Source: an uncultured Pseudomonadales bacterium
Lineage (GTDB): Bacteria; Patescibacteriota; Microgenomatia; UBA1400; MFAQ01
Direction: 5' to 3'
Assembly: GCA_964429015.1 (NCBI GenBank)
Contig: CAYSAM010000002.1
Coordinates: forward strand, 25,158 to 89,157
Length of the DNA stretch: 64,000 nt
Numbering within the stretch: the first letter of the stretch is position 1; each line of letters opens with the position of its first letter. The notes below the pieces were generated by a model. It ran no database searches and had not been told where the DNA came from. It saw only the letters and a list, made by a program, of their open reading frames with translations. The position numbers and the translations under genes are program-made. Below, piece by piece: positions 1 through 9,354 of the stretch.

Positions 1-428
1 CCAGACCGAAAATGTGTAGGGATTGACTCGGAAACAAACTGTTGTCCACCAAAACCCAAAAATTCATAATATACCCCCCAAACTGCCATTGCCACCAAAA
101 ACAAAGCAACAGCAGGCCAATAAGTGCTCCATAGAAGTAATCCACAAAAAATCAAGCTAGATCCAATGGCCAGTACAATCATTTTTTCTACGCTCACTTT
201 TTTCAAAAGTTGGGGTAAAAACAAGTCTGCTACAAACCCCACTACCGACGAAAACGAAATAATTATACCCATCAACCAGGGCTTACCGACTGATTCTTGT
301 ATATAAGCAGGGACCCAATCAGAGAGTATAGCGTCGCCCAAATATACAAAAAATAAAACCATTGAAACAGACATTACCTTACCCCAAAAACTCATTTTAA
401 GATCTCCCATCCCAAACTTTTTGTTCAT
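1..428 (-). CDS. Membrane protein, partial (C-terminus runs off the left edge); multi-TM, transporter-like
   Basis: Reverse-strand translation from the ATG at 426-428 gives MNKKFGMGDLKMSFWGKVMSVSMVLFFVYLG... with several hydrophobic helices and no stop before position 1. The + strand ORF 124..306 is a shadow of it. Confidence 0.4.
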   Translation of the reverse strand, partial: MNKKFGMGDLKMSFWGKVMSVSMVLFFVYLGDAILSDWVPAYIQESVGKPWLMGIIISFSSVVGFVADLFLPQLLKKVSVEKMIVLAIGSSLIFCGLLLWSTYWPAVALFLVAMAVWGVYYEFLGFGGQQFVSESIPTHFRS

Positions 429-471
429 TAATTAATACTATCAAAACCCCCAGTCATCTACCATCTACCAT

Positions 472-759
472 CTACGATCTATTATCCCCTTCCTGCTTTA
501 GGCTTTTCACTTTCCACATAAACATTTTTGCTTTACTCCTAGCATTAGAATCTATCACAAAACTTTTTGCCTTTTCCAAAATTTCTCTAGGTGTGTTTTT
601 TGCCATGCGCATATATATAGGAGTATGTGCCGTATCATCCAAAGCCACAGCTAGGCGATAAGCATAATCCTGAAACTCTCTACTAATTCTTTTTTGCTTC
701 TCCTCATCTAGCTCATATCTATCCAACACGTTTATTAGTTTTGTAAATCCTGTATCCAT
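472..759 (-). CDS. Hypothetical small protein; 3' end overlaps a 7-nt tandem microrepeat
   Basis: 95-aa ORF with no recognisable motif. The C-terminal codons (DNRS*) are encoded by the CATCTACCATCTACGATCT repeat. Confidence 0.3.
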   Translation of the reverse strand: MDTGFTKLINVLDRYELDEEKQKRISREFQDYAYRLAVALDDTAHTPIYMRMAKNTPREILEKAKSFVIDSNARSKAKMFMWKVKSLKQEGDNRS

Positions 760-810
760 ATTGCCAATTATATTTTATTTCTCTAGTCTTTATAATGAAC
801 ATGCCCTCCT

Positions 811-2622
811 ATGAAAATCAAAAATCTTAATCTTGCTAACTTAAAAAAATTCCTCAAAACTTACACCTCTACCATAGCTCTCGCTTGGGCAACCAACAAA
901 AAATACTTTCTCTTTATTACCCTTGCTGGTGCCTTAGAGGGATTATTGGTATATCCAGAACTTTTAATCACCAAAAACATTACTGACAACGTTCTCAAAG
1001 GCATTAGTACCTCAAATTACACAGACCCACTAAGAATAATCATCACTCTTACCTTAATCACCATTATTATCAATCAAATTCAGCAACTAATTTACGATTA
1101 TGCCGACGTTTACTCCAATACTCTCTCCGGATTAATCAAGGAAACCATTAATATCAACATTAGTCGCAAAATTAACTCTCTCCCTGTTTCTCAAGCAGAA
1201 AATCCAGAAATAAGAAATACTTTCCAAAAAGTCCAAGATGCCTCTGGCACTGCTGTCTGGGCTATCACCACCCCACTTAGTACTTTTCCTACCATTTTTT
1301 TCGGCCTAATTAGCTCTGCAATTCTTATTTTCAAATTTAACTTTTTAATTACCATACCCGCCATTTTATTCGCCTTACCTCGTATTAGCTTTGGTATAAA
1401 AAGAACTGCAGCTTGGCGCGCAATAAGAAACAAGTACTCATCCATGTGGAGAATTTGGGGTGCCCTAGACGATTTCGCCAACAAAGGCCGCTACTTATAC
1501 GAAAACAAAATACTAGGCCACGTCAACACCCTCCTCAATCGTCGCCTCAAGCTTACCATCCAGTACTTCAAAGAAACCGAAAAACACAAACTAAAGTACA
1601 GTAAGATGCAACGTCTTTACTCTGCCCCTTTGATTATTTTCGAAAATAGCACCAAATTATATTTATTTTTTCTAGCCATGACCAAGGCTATGAGTTTAGG
1701 AACTGCTCAAGCCACCAACTCTTCCATCAATCGTTTTATTAATTACATAAGTAGACTAATTAGAGAAACCAGCGATCTTTACCAAAATTACACTTTTATT
1801 AACGACTACGAAAACTTTATCAATCTGGCCGACGAAGAGTCAACCGGAATTAACATTGACCAACAAATTCAAACAGGTCTTGTTTTCAAAAACGTTTGGT
1901 TCAAATATCAAAGCTCACCAGACTGGAATTTAAAAAACCTATCATTCAACATAAATCCCACAGAAAACATCGCCATCGTCGGTGAAAATGGAGCAGGCAA
2001 AACAACCCTCATAAAACTTATCTGTCGCTTTTACAAACCCCAAAAAGGCCAAATTACTTTAAACGGAATAGATATCTACGACTACGATCTCGCCTCATAC
2101 AGACAAGCTATTGCTGCCCTCTTTCAAGATTTTGCCCAATATCCTTTTTCTACAAAAGACAATATCCATTTTGGTGACGTCAAGAAAAAACTAAGAATGA
2201 AAGATATCAAAAAAGCTGCCAAGTATACAGACATGCAACACTTTATCGAAAAACTGCCTCTAAAATACAACAATCCCTTAGACAAAGAATTTGCCAAAGG
2301 TATAGAGCCTAGCAAGGGGCAATGGCAAAGAATCGCCCTGTCTAGAACTTTGTATAGAGATGCCCATATTGTTATCTTAGACGAACCTACAAGCAACGTA
2401 GACCCCGAATCCGAAGAAAAAATCTTTGAGTCGGTGATGAAGATTGATAAAGACAAAATGATCTTCCTAGTTTCACACCGTTTTAGCACCGTAAGAAAGG
2501 CAGACAAAATTCTAGTAATAGAACAAGGCGTTTTAGTGGAAGAAGGAAAACACGACAAACTCATGAAAAACAAATCTCGCTACTACGAACTCTTTAATCT
2601 ACAAGCTCAAAGCTACCAATAG
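811..2622 (+). CDS. ABC transporter, fused permease/ATP-binding protein (exporter type)
   Basis: N-terminal multi-TM domain. Walker A GENGAGKTTL, ABC signature and Walker B (SKGQWQRIALSRTLYRDAHIVILDEPTSNVD), H-loop LVSHR. Confidence 0.85.
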   Translation: MKIKNLNLANLKKFLKTYTSTIALAWATNKKYFLFITLAGALEGLLVYPELLITKNITDNVLKGISTSNYTDPLRIIITLTLITIIINQIQQLIYDYADVYSNTLSGLIKETININISRKINSLPVSQAENPEIRNTFQKVQDASGTAVWAITTPLSTFPTIFFGLISSAILIFKFNFLITIPAILFALPRISFGIKRTAAWRAIRNKYSSMWRIWGALDDFANKGRYLYENKILGHVNTLLNRRLKLTIQYFKETEKHKLKYSKMQRLYSAPLIIFENSTKLYLFFLAMTKAMSLGTAQATNSSINRFINYISRLIRETSDLYQNYTFINDYENFINLADEESTGINIDQQIQTGLVFKNVWFKYQSSPDWNLKNLSFNINPTENIAIVGENGAGKTTLIKLICRFYKPQKGQITLNGIDIYDYDLASYRQAIAALFQDFAQYPFSTKDNIHFGDVKKKLRMKDIKKAAKYTDMQHFIEKLPLKYNNPLDKEFAKGIEPSKGQWQRIALSRTLYRDAHIVILDEPTSNVDPESEEKIFESVMKIDKDKMIFLVSHRFSTVRKADKILVIEQGVLVEEGKHDKLMKNKSRYYELFNLQAQSYQ

Positions 2623-3120
2623 CTCGTCACAGGCCTCATCTAGCAAGTCAGCAATCTCCTCTTGTTCTTCTGTAGTGAAACGAGACAAAACATAGTCAGA
2701 CCCACTTCCCCCAAAACTATTTTTATCTCTATTGTTTATACCAACACGTAGTCTCAAAAAGTCTTTTCCTCCCAAGTATTGTTCAACCGAATTAACTCCA
2801 TTATGCACTTTGGGACCAACCCCCTTTTGAATCTTGTACTCCCCAAAATCAATATCCAAATCATCATGTACCACTACCACATCGCTTACACTAAGTTTGT
2901 AAAAGTCGCAAATTTTTCTTACCGCTCGTCCCGATTCATTCATAAAAGTAGTTGGTTTACAAAGTAACATATCGCCCACTTTGCATATTTCTGCCTCAAA
3001 CTTACTATCAGGTCTAGCAATCTGCCCAGCAAGTAGCTTGTCAACAGCCATAAACCCCACGTTATGTCGGGTGTTCACATATTCTTTGCCTATATTTCCT
3101 AGTCCCACAATTAGTTTCAT
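2599..3120 (-). CDS. pth: Peptidyl-tRNA hydrolase
   Basis: MKLIVGLGNIGKEYVNTRHNVGFMAVDKL is the canonical Pth N-terminus. The start is trimmed to the internal Met (M17), because the longer ORF overlaps the divergent GT2 gene. Confidence 0.85.
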   Translation of the reverse strand: MKLIVGLGNIGKEYVNTRHNVGFMAVDKLLAGQIARPDSKFEAEICKVGDMLLCKPTTFMNESGRAVRKICDFYKLSVSDVVVVHDDLDIDFGEYKIQKGVGPKVHNGVNSVEQYLGGKDFLRLRVGINNRDKNSFGGSGSDYVLSRFTTEEQEEIADLLDEACDELLVALSL

Positions 3121-3159
3121 CTTTTTGCTATCGTAATATACAATTGATTTTATCATTCT

Positions 3160-4011
3160 ATGAACCAAAGACCATTTTTCTCTATCATTATCCCGGCTCT
3201 CAACGAGGAAAAATACCTCCCCAAATTACTCAATGATCTCGCCAAACAAACCTACCAAGACTTCGAGGTTATCGTTGTCGACGGAAATTCAGATGATCAA
3301 ACCTCCACAAAAGCAAAGGAGTTTTCCAAAGACATCTCACTTCTAAAAGTCTTAACTTCCCCCGAAAGAAACGTTTCCGTCCAAAGAAATATGGGGGCCA
3401 AAACATCTCAAGGAGAGTATCTTATTTTTAGTGATGCCGACAACCGCCTTCCCAAATATTTTTTAGAAGGTATTCACTATCAGTTAATGTTCAAACCAAC
3501 AGATGTTTTTACTTGCTGGGTCCTCCCCGAAACCAACAACCAAAAGGATAAAACCATAGCAACCAGCCTCAACCTACTATTAGAAGCGGGCCTACTATCA
3601 AAAAACCCCAACGCTCTTGGTGCTATGATTGGATGCAAGAAATCAGTTTTCAAAAAAACAACCGGATTTGATCCAAAAATTGGCTTTGCAGAAGATGCTG
3701 ATTTCGTAAGAAGAACATATAAAGAAGGTTATTCTTTTAGAGTTATTCACAATCCTCGCTTTATTGTTTCCTTGCGCCGATATCATAGTCACGGAACATT
3801 TAATGTTATTCAAAAATCAGCGTCCCTAATACTAAAATATCTCACCAAACAACCAATTGATCAAAAACGAGAATACCCCATGGGTGGAATGGCTTTCCAA
3901 AAATCATCTGAAGACAACTTGATAAGCAAACTAAACCTTTTCCTCAACACTCCAATCAAAAAGCCAAAAATTCTCGATAAACTTCAGTCACTATTAGAAC
4001 TAGAAGACTAA
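3160..4011 (+). CDS. Glycosyltransferase family 2
   Basis: FSIIIPALNEEKYLPKLL...VIVVDGNSDDQT and a DAD motif (FSDADN), the typical GT-A fold N-terminus. Confidence 0.8.
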   Translation: MNQRPFFSIIIPALNEEKYLPKLLNDLAKQTYQDFEVIVVDGNSDDQTSTKAKEFSKDISLLKVLTSPERNVSVQRNMGAKTSQGEYLIFSDADNRLPKYFLEGIHYQLMFKPTDVFTCWVLPETNNQKDKTIATSLNLLLEAGLLSKNPNALGAMIGCKKSVFKKTTGFDPKIGFAEDADFVRRTYKEGYSFRVIHNPRFIVSLRRYHSHGTFNVIQKSASLILKYLTKQPIDQKREYPMGGMAFQKSSEDNLISKLNLFLNTPIKKPKILDKLQSLLELED

Positions 4012-4976
4012 TACTTTCCGAGCAAAAACTGTAGACCTACAAACATCATATATACCCCAATCAAGGTTAAACCCTCCCAGCGCTCAAGTTTACGCTTAGA
4101 CTTTGTAAATACCCAAAACAGTCCAAGTATTAATATCAAAAACAATCCTGAAAGTCCTTTTCCCACAGAAGACTCAAAAGCAATAGGTGAAATCATACCT
4201 ACAATTCCCAATATAAAGGTTGAGTTTACTATTACACTCCCCAAAATATTCCCAAGCAAAAGTGAAGTATCTCTCTTTTCCGAAGCAAATATTGACAATG
4301 TAAGTTCTGGTAAAGTAGTCCCAAAAGAAACAACCAATAACCCAACCCAGTATGCGTTTACCCCAAAGTTTTTTGACAAGCCCAACGCCACATCTATTAG
4401 ATAATGCGAAGCAACAGCCATTGACACCAAAACAAAAAGTAACAGTAAAACATGTCCAATCCACGAACCCACACTTTTAATCTTTGTCTTCACTATTTTA
4501 TGTCTTTTAAGTCTACTATGTTTCAAAACATCTGCTTCTGCCACCATGCTTTTTGCGTAAAACATGTAAGCTATTACCAAAAGTAAACCATCAAGTCTAC
4601 TGAGCCTTCCATCCACCATAAGCAAAAAAGGCAACATCGACATTCCCATGGCCATCCATAAATCTCTACGCAAATAATCTCCCACCACAGGTATAGTCCC
4701 TGCCACAACAGCTGCCCCTCCCACAATCCAGCTTAGGTTTGCAAGATTCGCTCCAATTAAATTTCCAAGTGCAATCTGTGGCTCACCCTTTAAAGCTGAG
4801 GCAATTCCTACTGAAAACTCTGGCAATGACGTCGAAAAACTTACCAAAAAAGTAGCCAACAACAATTTATTTATCTTAACTTCGTGAGCAATTTTTTCAA
4901 AAATATCTACCGCCACACCAGAAAAAAACACCAATATCAAAATCAATAATATTCCCCAAAAAACTTCTCCTAACAT
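4008..4976 (-). CDS. Ca2+/cation antiporter (CaCA, YrbG-like Na+/Ca2+ exchanger)
   Basis: Two alpha-repeat motifs (GNLIGANLANL and GNILGSVIVNSTFILG) in a ~10-TM protein. Confidence 0.75.
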   Translation of the reverse strand: MLGEVFWGILLILILVFFSGVAVDIFEKIAHEVKINKLLLATFLVSFSTSLPEFSVGIASALKGEPQIALGNLIGANLANLSWIVGGAAVVAGTIPVVGDYLRRDLWMAMGMSMLPFLLMVDGRLSRLDGLLLVIAYMFYAKSMVAEADVLKHSRLKRHKIVKTKIKSVGSWIGHVLLLLFVLVSMAVASHYLIDVALGLSKNFGVNAYWVGLLVVSFGTTLPELTLSIFASEKRDTSLLLGNILGSVIVNSTFILGIVGMISPIAFESSVGKGLSGLFLILILGLFWVFTKSKRKLERWEGLTLIGVYMMFVGLQFLLGKY

Positions 4977-4995
4977 AACTTAATTAAAGCACACT

Positions 4996-5631
4996 TTACT
5001 TTTTCTTTCTCTTGGCAACTTCCACAAATATAGGAACTACTGACACAGCAATTATTCCCAAAACCATATAGTGAAAGTTTTCTTTTACTACTGGCAAGTT
5101 TCCAAACAAAAACCCACCACCCAAAAACAAAGTAACCCACAAAAACCCACCAACCAAGTTGTATTTTATAAAATCCCCGTAGTGCATCTTACTTATACCT
5201 GCCACAAATGGTGCAAAAGTGCGAACAATTGGCACAAAACGAGCAAAAACAATTGCTTTACCACCATGTTTAGCATAAAACTCTTCTGCTTGTTCTAAAT
5301 ACTCCTTTTTAAATATTTTACTTCTGCCATCAAAAACACTTTTCTCAAATTTATCCCCAATCCAATAATTTACAGTGTCACCAACAATTGCTGCTATAAG
5401 CAGTAAAGGATATAGAAGCCAAAAATTAAAACTACCTAACGCCGCCAAAGCACCAGAAGCAAAAAGCAAAGAATCTCCAGGCAAAAATGGAGTCACTACA
5501 AACCCTGTTTCCATAAAAACAACTAAAAATAAAATTCCATAAGTCAAAAAGCCATATTGGTTAGTTACCATAGCTAAGTTCTTATCTATATGCAAAAATA
5601 TATCTACCAGCTTTTTTATTGTTTCCATCAT
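4996..5631 (-). CDS. DedA/SNARE-associated family membrane protein
   Basis: VVFMETGFVVTPFLPGDSLLFASGALAA is the DedA signature; multi-TM. Confidence 0.8.
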   Translation of the reverse strand: MMETIKKLVDIFLHIDKNLAMVTNQYGFLTYGILFLVVFMETGFVVTPFLPGDSLLFASGALAALGSFNFWLLYPLLLIAAIVGDTVNYWIGDKFEKSVFDGRSKIFKKEYLEQAEEFYAKHGGKAIVFARFVPIVRTFAPFVAGISKMHYGDFIKYNLVGGFLWVTLFLGGGFLFGNLPVVKENFHYMVLGIIAVSVVPIFVEVAKRKKK

Positions 5632-5647
5632 CCTTATATTCTAATAC

Positions 5648-5722
5648 AGACGACAACATCTGTAATCTGTAATCTGTAACCTGTAATCTGTGATCTGTAA
5701 TCGATCTACGATCTACGATCTA
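5648..5722. repeat. Tandem 7-nt microrepeat array (CTGTAAT / CTACGAT units) between dedA and the ligase gene
   Basis: tctgtaatctgtaatctgtaacctgtaatctgtgatctgtaatcgatctacgatctacgatct read directly. The same unit family recurs at 453-481, 6655-6690, 22886-22925, 48593-48624, 51041-51072, 54464-54500 and 57281-57306. Confidence 0.8.
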
Positions 5723-7465
5723 AATCATTATATTCCCCGATATCTTCGCAATTCTCAACACTTCCTCCCAAGTCGTTGCTTGCTCAGATGCCTTGTCATC
5801 TCTAAATCGAACAAGCCTGGGAAACCGTAGAGCTAATCCTCCAGAGTGAGAAGGGCTTTTGGTAACCTCGTCTGCTGCAATCTCCACCACCACTTTAGGG
5901 CTCACCCACACATCGGGAGCCAAGCTTCCTTCTACCAAACAATTTTCTGGTTTTGTCACAACCTCCAAATTATCCAATCTTTTTCTAAGCTCCGTAAACT
6001 CTATGTCAGTTAAGCCAGTTCCAATCTTAGCAATCGACACCCACAAGTCACCCTTTTTAAGCCCGGCCAAAAATGCTCCCATACCAAATCCTGCTCGCTT
6101 CCCCCTACCGTAGTAATAACCCAAAACCACAAGGTCAAAAGTATCCGCCAATTTCCCACTTGTTCCTTCTGCCTCCTTAATTTTTACCCAGTTCCATCCT
6201 TGTCTACCAGGCAAATACTCACCACTCCACATCTTCATTACCGCCCCCTCATATCCCTCCTCCAAAAATCGAGTATGAATTTCTTCTAGTTCTACTGGGT
6301 CATTAGTTTTAACAAATTCATCCACTACCAAAACATCATTTTTCAAAATTATTTTCTTTAGTATCTCTCTCCTTTCAAAGTAGTTTTTCGAAAGCAAGCT
6401 TTCTCCGTTACAATACAAAACATCAAAAACAAAAAACCTCAAGGGAACACTAGCTGCGGCTTCCTCTACCCCATGCTTTCGCTTTCTTGTTATTGTCTCC
6501 TGAAAATTTAATATTCTTCCAGTCTTAGGATCATAACCAACAGCCTCGCAGTCCAAAATTAGTTCATCTGCATTTGTATACTCGGCCATTTTTTTAAGTT
6601 CCGGAAACATAGCACTACTCTCCTCCAAATTTCTAGTGAATGATTTCACCATACGTCTGTCATCTGTAATCTGTAAACTGTGATCTACATTTCTATCAAA
6701 ATGTATCTGCACTCTTGTCCCATCATACTTTGGTTCAATCGCTACTTCCCCCATATTTTTCACTATCTCTTCATATGTGTTAAGTCTTTGACATAGAGCT
6801 GGTACTATTGGAACGCCCACTTTTACTTTAATTTTTTTTAGTCCGTCCAAGCCCGCCTCTTTAAAAGCTCTCACTATCTCACCGGAGTCCGGATAAAGCT
6901 GATAAACTCTGTCTAGCTCTTTTCGCAAAGACTTATTTCCACTTTCTATCTGCGACAATGCATCAAAAACCGTCTTTTCCGAAAATCCCAAACGCAGCTT
7001 ACCCATCACCATTCGTACTACAAACTTTCCCTCCAAAAACGATAATTTGTTTATAAGCTTCGATAGTTTATTTACTTTCAACTCTTGGCTACCAGTACCC
7101 TCAAAGTAAGCTATTTCACTCAAGTCATCAAATACTTCATCCAAACTAATACTCTGTATTTTTTTGTCTTCTCCAAAATTTACTACCACTTCACCCAAAT
7201 CTCCAACTCGTTTATATTCTTTTTCCACCTCTTCAGTACTTTTGCCAAAGGCCAAGGCCACAGATCGAATCACCATCTTAGCTGCCATACTAAATTCTCT
7301 GTTATCAAATATCGGCCCCAACAAGCCCTGAGTCAAATAGATACCTTTGGCTGCCTCACCAACCTCAAATTTCCCAATAAGATCAGCAAGCACCACAGTA
7401 ATCTCTAGTCGAGATGAAATCTTTTCTAGTTTTTCTAAGTACTCTGCAAATTCTCTAAACAACAT
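5720..7465 (-). CDS. ATP-dependent DNA ligase (Lig1/archaeal-eukaryal type, DBD + adenylation + OB domains)
   Basis: Motif I KYDGTRVQIH (KxDGxR). 581 aa with an N-terminal DNA-binding domain, and EGAVMK (motif IV-like) further on. Confidence 0.85.
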   Translation of the reverse strand: MLFREFAEYLEKLEKISSRLEITVVLADLIGKFEVGEAAKGIYLTQGLLGPIFDNREFSMAAKMVIRSVALAFGKSTEEVEKEYKRVGDLGEVVVNFGEDKKIQSISLDEVFDDLSEIAYFEGTGSQELKVNKLSKLINKLSFLEGKFVVRMVMGKLRLGFSEKTVFDALSQIESGNKSLRKELDRVYQLYPDSGEIVRAFKEAGLDGLKKIKVKVGVPIVPALCQRLNTYEEIVKNMGEVAIEPKYDGTRVQIHFDRNVDHSLQITDDRRMVKSFTRNLEESSAMFPELKKMAEYTNADELILDCEAVGYDPKTGRILNFQETITRKRKHGVEEAAASVPLRFFVFDVLYCNGESLLSKNYFERREILKKIILKNDVLVVDEFVKTNDPVELEEIHTRFLEEGYEGAVMKMWSGEYLPGRQGWNWVKIKEAEGTSGKLADTFDLVVLGYYYGRGKRAGFGMGAFLAGLKKGDLWVSIAKIGTGLTDIEFTELRKRLDNLEVVTKPENCLVEGSLAPDVWVSPKVVVEIAADEVTKSPSHSGGLALRFPRLVRFRDDKASEQATTWEEVLRIAKISGNIMI

Positions 7466-7494
7466 ACTGCTAGTATACCAACTCTACTACGGTG

Positions 7495-9306
7495 TCATTT
7501 CACCACACTAACAGATTTTGTAGCAACATTACCCTTATTGTCAGTAACAGTTACCTTTATGGTGTGCGAACCCTTTGAAATATTCCAAGTTACCTTCGAG
7601 TATTCACAAACTGTTACCCTAGTACAAGTCTTAACTTTTGTGGAGTCAAAATAAATACTTATTGTTTTTATACCACTAGAATCACTTGCCGTTGATTTAA
7701 TCAAAAACTTGCTCACTCCACTTATATTCGTACCATTTACTGGTTTAGAAATAGTCACCACAGGTGCTTGAGTATCCGAAGTTGTAGGTGTTGGAGTCAC
7801 GGTTGTTGTTGGAATAGTTGTTGTTCCGCAAGGAAATGCCCCTACATAAGTACCATTCTCACCAGCGTTACAAGCGGGAGATAAAGGGTCTAGATGAAAA
7901 TTACCAAGCGCTGCATTCACAAACAAAGGTTTAGAAGTATCCTGAATCGTACTGTGCATATCTAATCCATACCTCTGCTGCCACTCTAAAAATGTTAAAT
8001 ATGTAAACGCAGAAGATCCTGTAGTAGCCAAGTTAGTCTTATCTTGTAGTATAAAACGCCCAACAGGAGAATAAAAATTATAATCCATCTTTGTACCAGT
8101 TGTTTTTATATTCATATTTATTGCGTTTTTATTCACAACAATATTATTTTTTACAGTCCAGTTATTGGACGGCCATGCATCTACTGGGTAGTACTCACCA
8201 ATTCCAATTCCAGAGTACATACCAGTAGAGTTTGTTGCGTAGTAAATTGTATTATTATTGACCGTTAATCCCGTTTGGCCTGTAGAAGTTATTCCAACAT
8301 TTAATGTGCCAAACATTACATTGTTACGAATTATCGTATGTGTATCTTTGTCTCGCCACTCAAGCTTACCCGCAGTAAAAAAGTCTGGTCCATTTCCAGT
8401 TCCACTTACGTGAATAGCAATATTTTGGTTTTTGAAAGTATTCCACTCAACCACAGAGTCAAAAGCGTTTTCTAATTCAATACCCATATCACAATTAGTA
8501 AATGAATTGTTTTTAATCAAAAAACGAGTAACTGGAGTACCAGCGCCATCAGCATCAACACATTTTCCAGAATCGTGAATATTATTTCCATCAATCACAA
8601 TATTGTCTGTTCTATCCATCGACCAAATACCACGGTTGGAATAACCGTAGATATTATTATTGCGGTATGTGTTGTTATAGCTAGTTGCATACCAATCCTG
8701 CACGCCATTTTCCCAATAATTCTTTCCGTTAAACTCACAATTTTCAACAAGGTTGTCATGACCATAATACTTAAGATTACCCTCCACGTAGCAATTTCGG
8801 ACAATAAAACCATTATTTCCAAGAGTTTTGTCGGTGGCACTCCAAGTTGTTCCCTGGCCAAAATACAAAGTTGCTAAATTACCAGTATTGGCAGTCGAAA
8901 TAAACCTAAATCCGTCAATAATATAATAGTGAACATTATTAGTTGTCACTATTGTTTTTTCTGAGCCCGAGTTTACAGTACATCCTTTTTGAGTTGCGCA
9001 CCTTAGTGTAACTGGGGCAGTAGCTACACCTGAATTTTTAATAGTTAAAGATTCGTTATATATACCACTGGCAACCTCACACATTTCACCTGCTTTCACC
9101 ATATTTAAACACTTTTGTATTGTCTTAAAAGGCAAGGCAGATGTGCCTGTGTTAGTATCGCTCCCTGTCGAGGAAACGTAATATGTGGTTGTAGATAGAC
9201 CAAGAACACTCCTAAATCTAGAATACCTAAAAACAAAAAATACCAAACATATGAAAAAAACAGTCAAAACTAAAAAATAACCATCAACTTTCTTTTTCTT
9301 AGCCAT
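7495..9306 (-). CDS. Secreted/anchored right-handed parallel beta-helix protein (pectate-lyase-like fold) with a C-terminal Ig-like domain
   Basis: N-terminal TM/signal (FLVLTVFFICLVFFVF). Repeated N-rich beta-helix rungs (NNIYGYSNRG, DGNNIHDSG, IRNNVMFG, NNNTIYYATN). Thr/Pro linker TTTVTPTPTTSDTQAP followed by a ~90-aa beta-sandwich-like tail. Confidence 0.6.
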   Translation of the reverse strand: MAKKKKVDGYFLVLTVFFICLVFFVFRYSRFRSVLGLSTTTYYVSSTGSDTNTGTSALPFKTIQKCLNMVKAGEMCEVASGIYNESLTIKNSGVATAPVTLRCATQKGCTVNSGSEKTIVTTNNVHYYIIDGFRFISTANTGNLATLYFGQGTTWSATDKTLGNNGFIVRNCYVEGNLKYYGHDNLVENCEFNGKNYWENGVQDWYATSYNNTYRNNNIYGYSNRGIWSMDRTDNIVIDGNNIHDSGKCVDADGAGTPVTRFLIKNNSFTNCDMGIELENAFDSVVEWNTFKNQNIAIHVSGTGNGPDFFTAGKLEWRDKDTHTIIRNNVMFGTLNVGITSTGQTGLTVNNNTIYYATNSTGMYSGIGIGEYYPVDAWPSNNWTVKNNIVVNKNAINMNIKTTGTKMDYNFYSPVGRFILQDKTNLATTGSSAFTYLTFLEWQQRYGLDMHSTIQDTSKPLFVNAALGNFHLDPLSPACNAGENGTYVGAFPCGTTTIPTTTVTPTPTTSDTQAPVVTISKPVNGTNISGVSKFLIKSTASDSSGIKTISIYFDSTKVKTCTRVTVCEYSKVTWNISKGSHTIKVTVTDNKGNVATKSVSVVK

Positions 9307-9354
9307 AAGACCAATATACTCGGGTTTATTTCTTTTTGCTAGACAAAAAATTTA

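Noticed and set aside
124-306. + strand 60-aa ORF at the left edge
   Set aside because: It lies antisense within a longer minus-strand membrane-protein ORF that runs off the window edge, so it is a shadow ORF.
1191-1604. Short ORFs inside or antisense to the ABC transporter gene. Similar cases are 8575-8877, 10631-11319, 15644-16228, 31849-32229 and 39122-40186.
   Set aside because: All are embedded in or antisense to long, motif-supported genes, with low-complexity translations. They are spurious.
5648-5722. Tandem repeat arrays considered as CRISPR
   Set aside because: The unit is 7-8 nt with no spacers of unique sequence and no 25-40-nt repeat/spacer periodicity. These are microsatellite-like arrays, not CRISPR.
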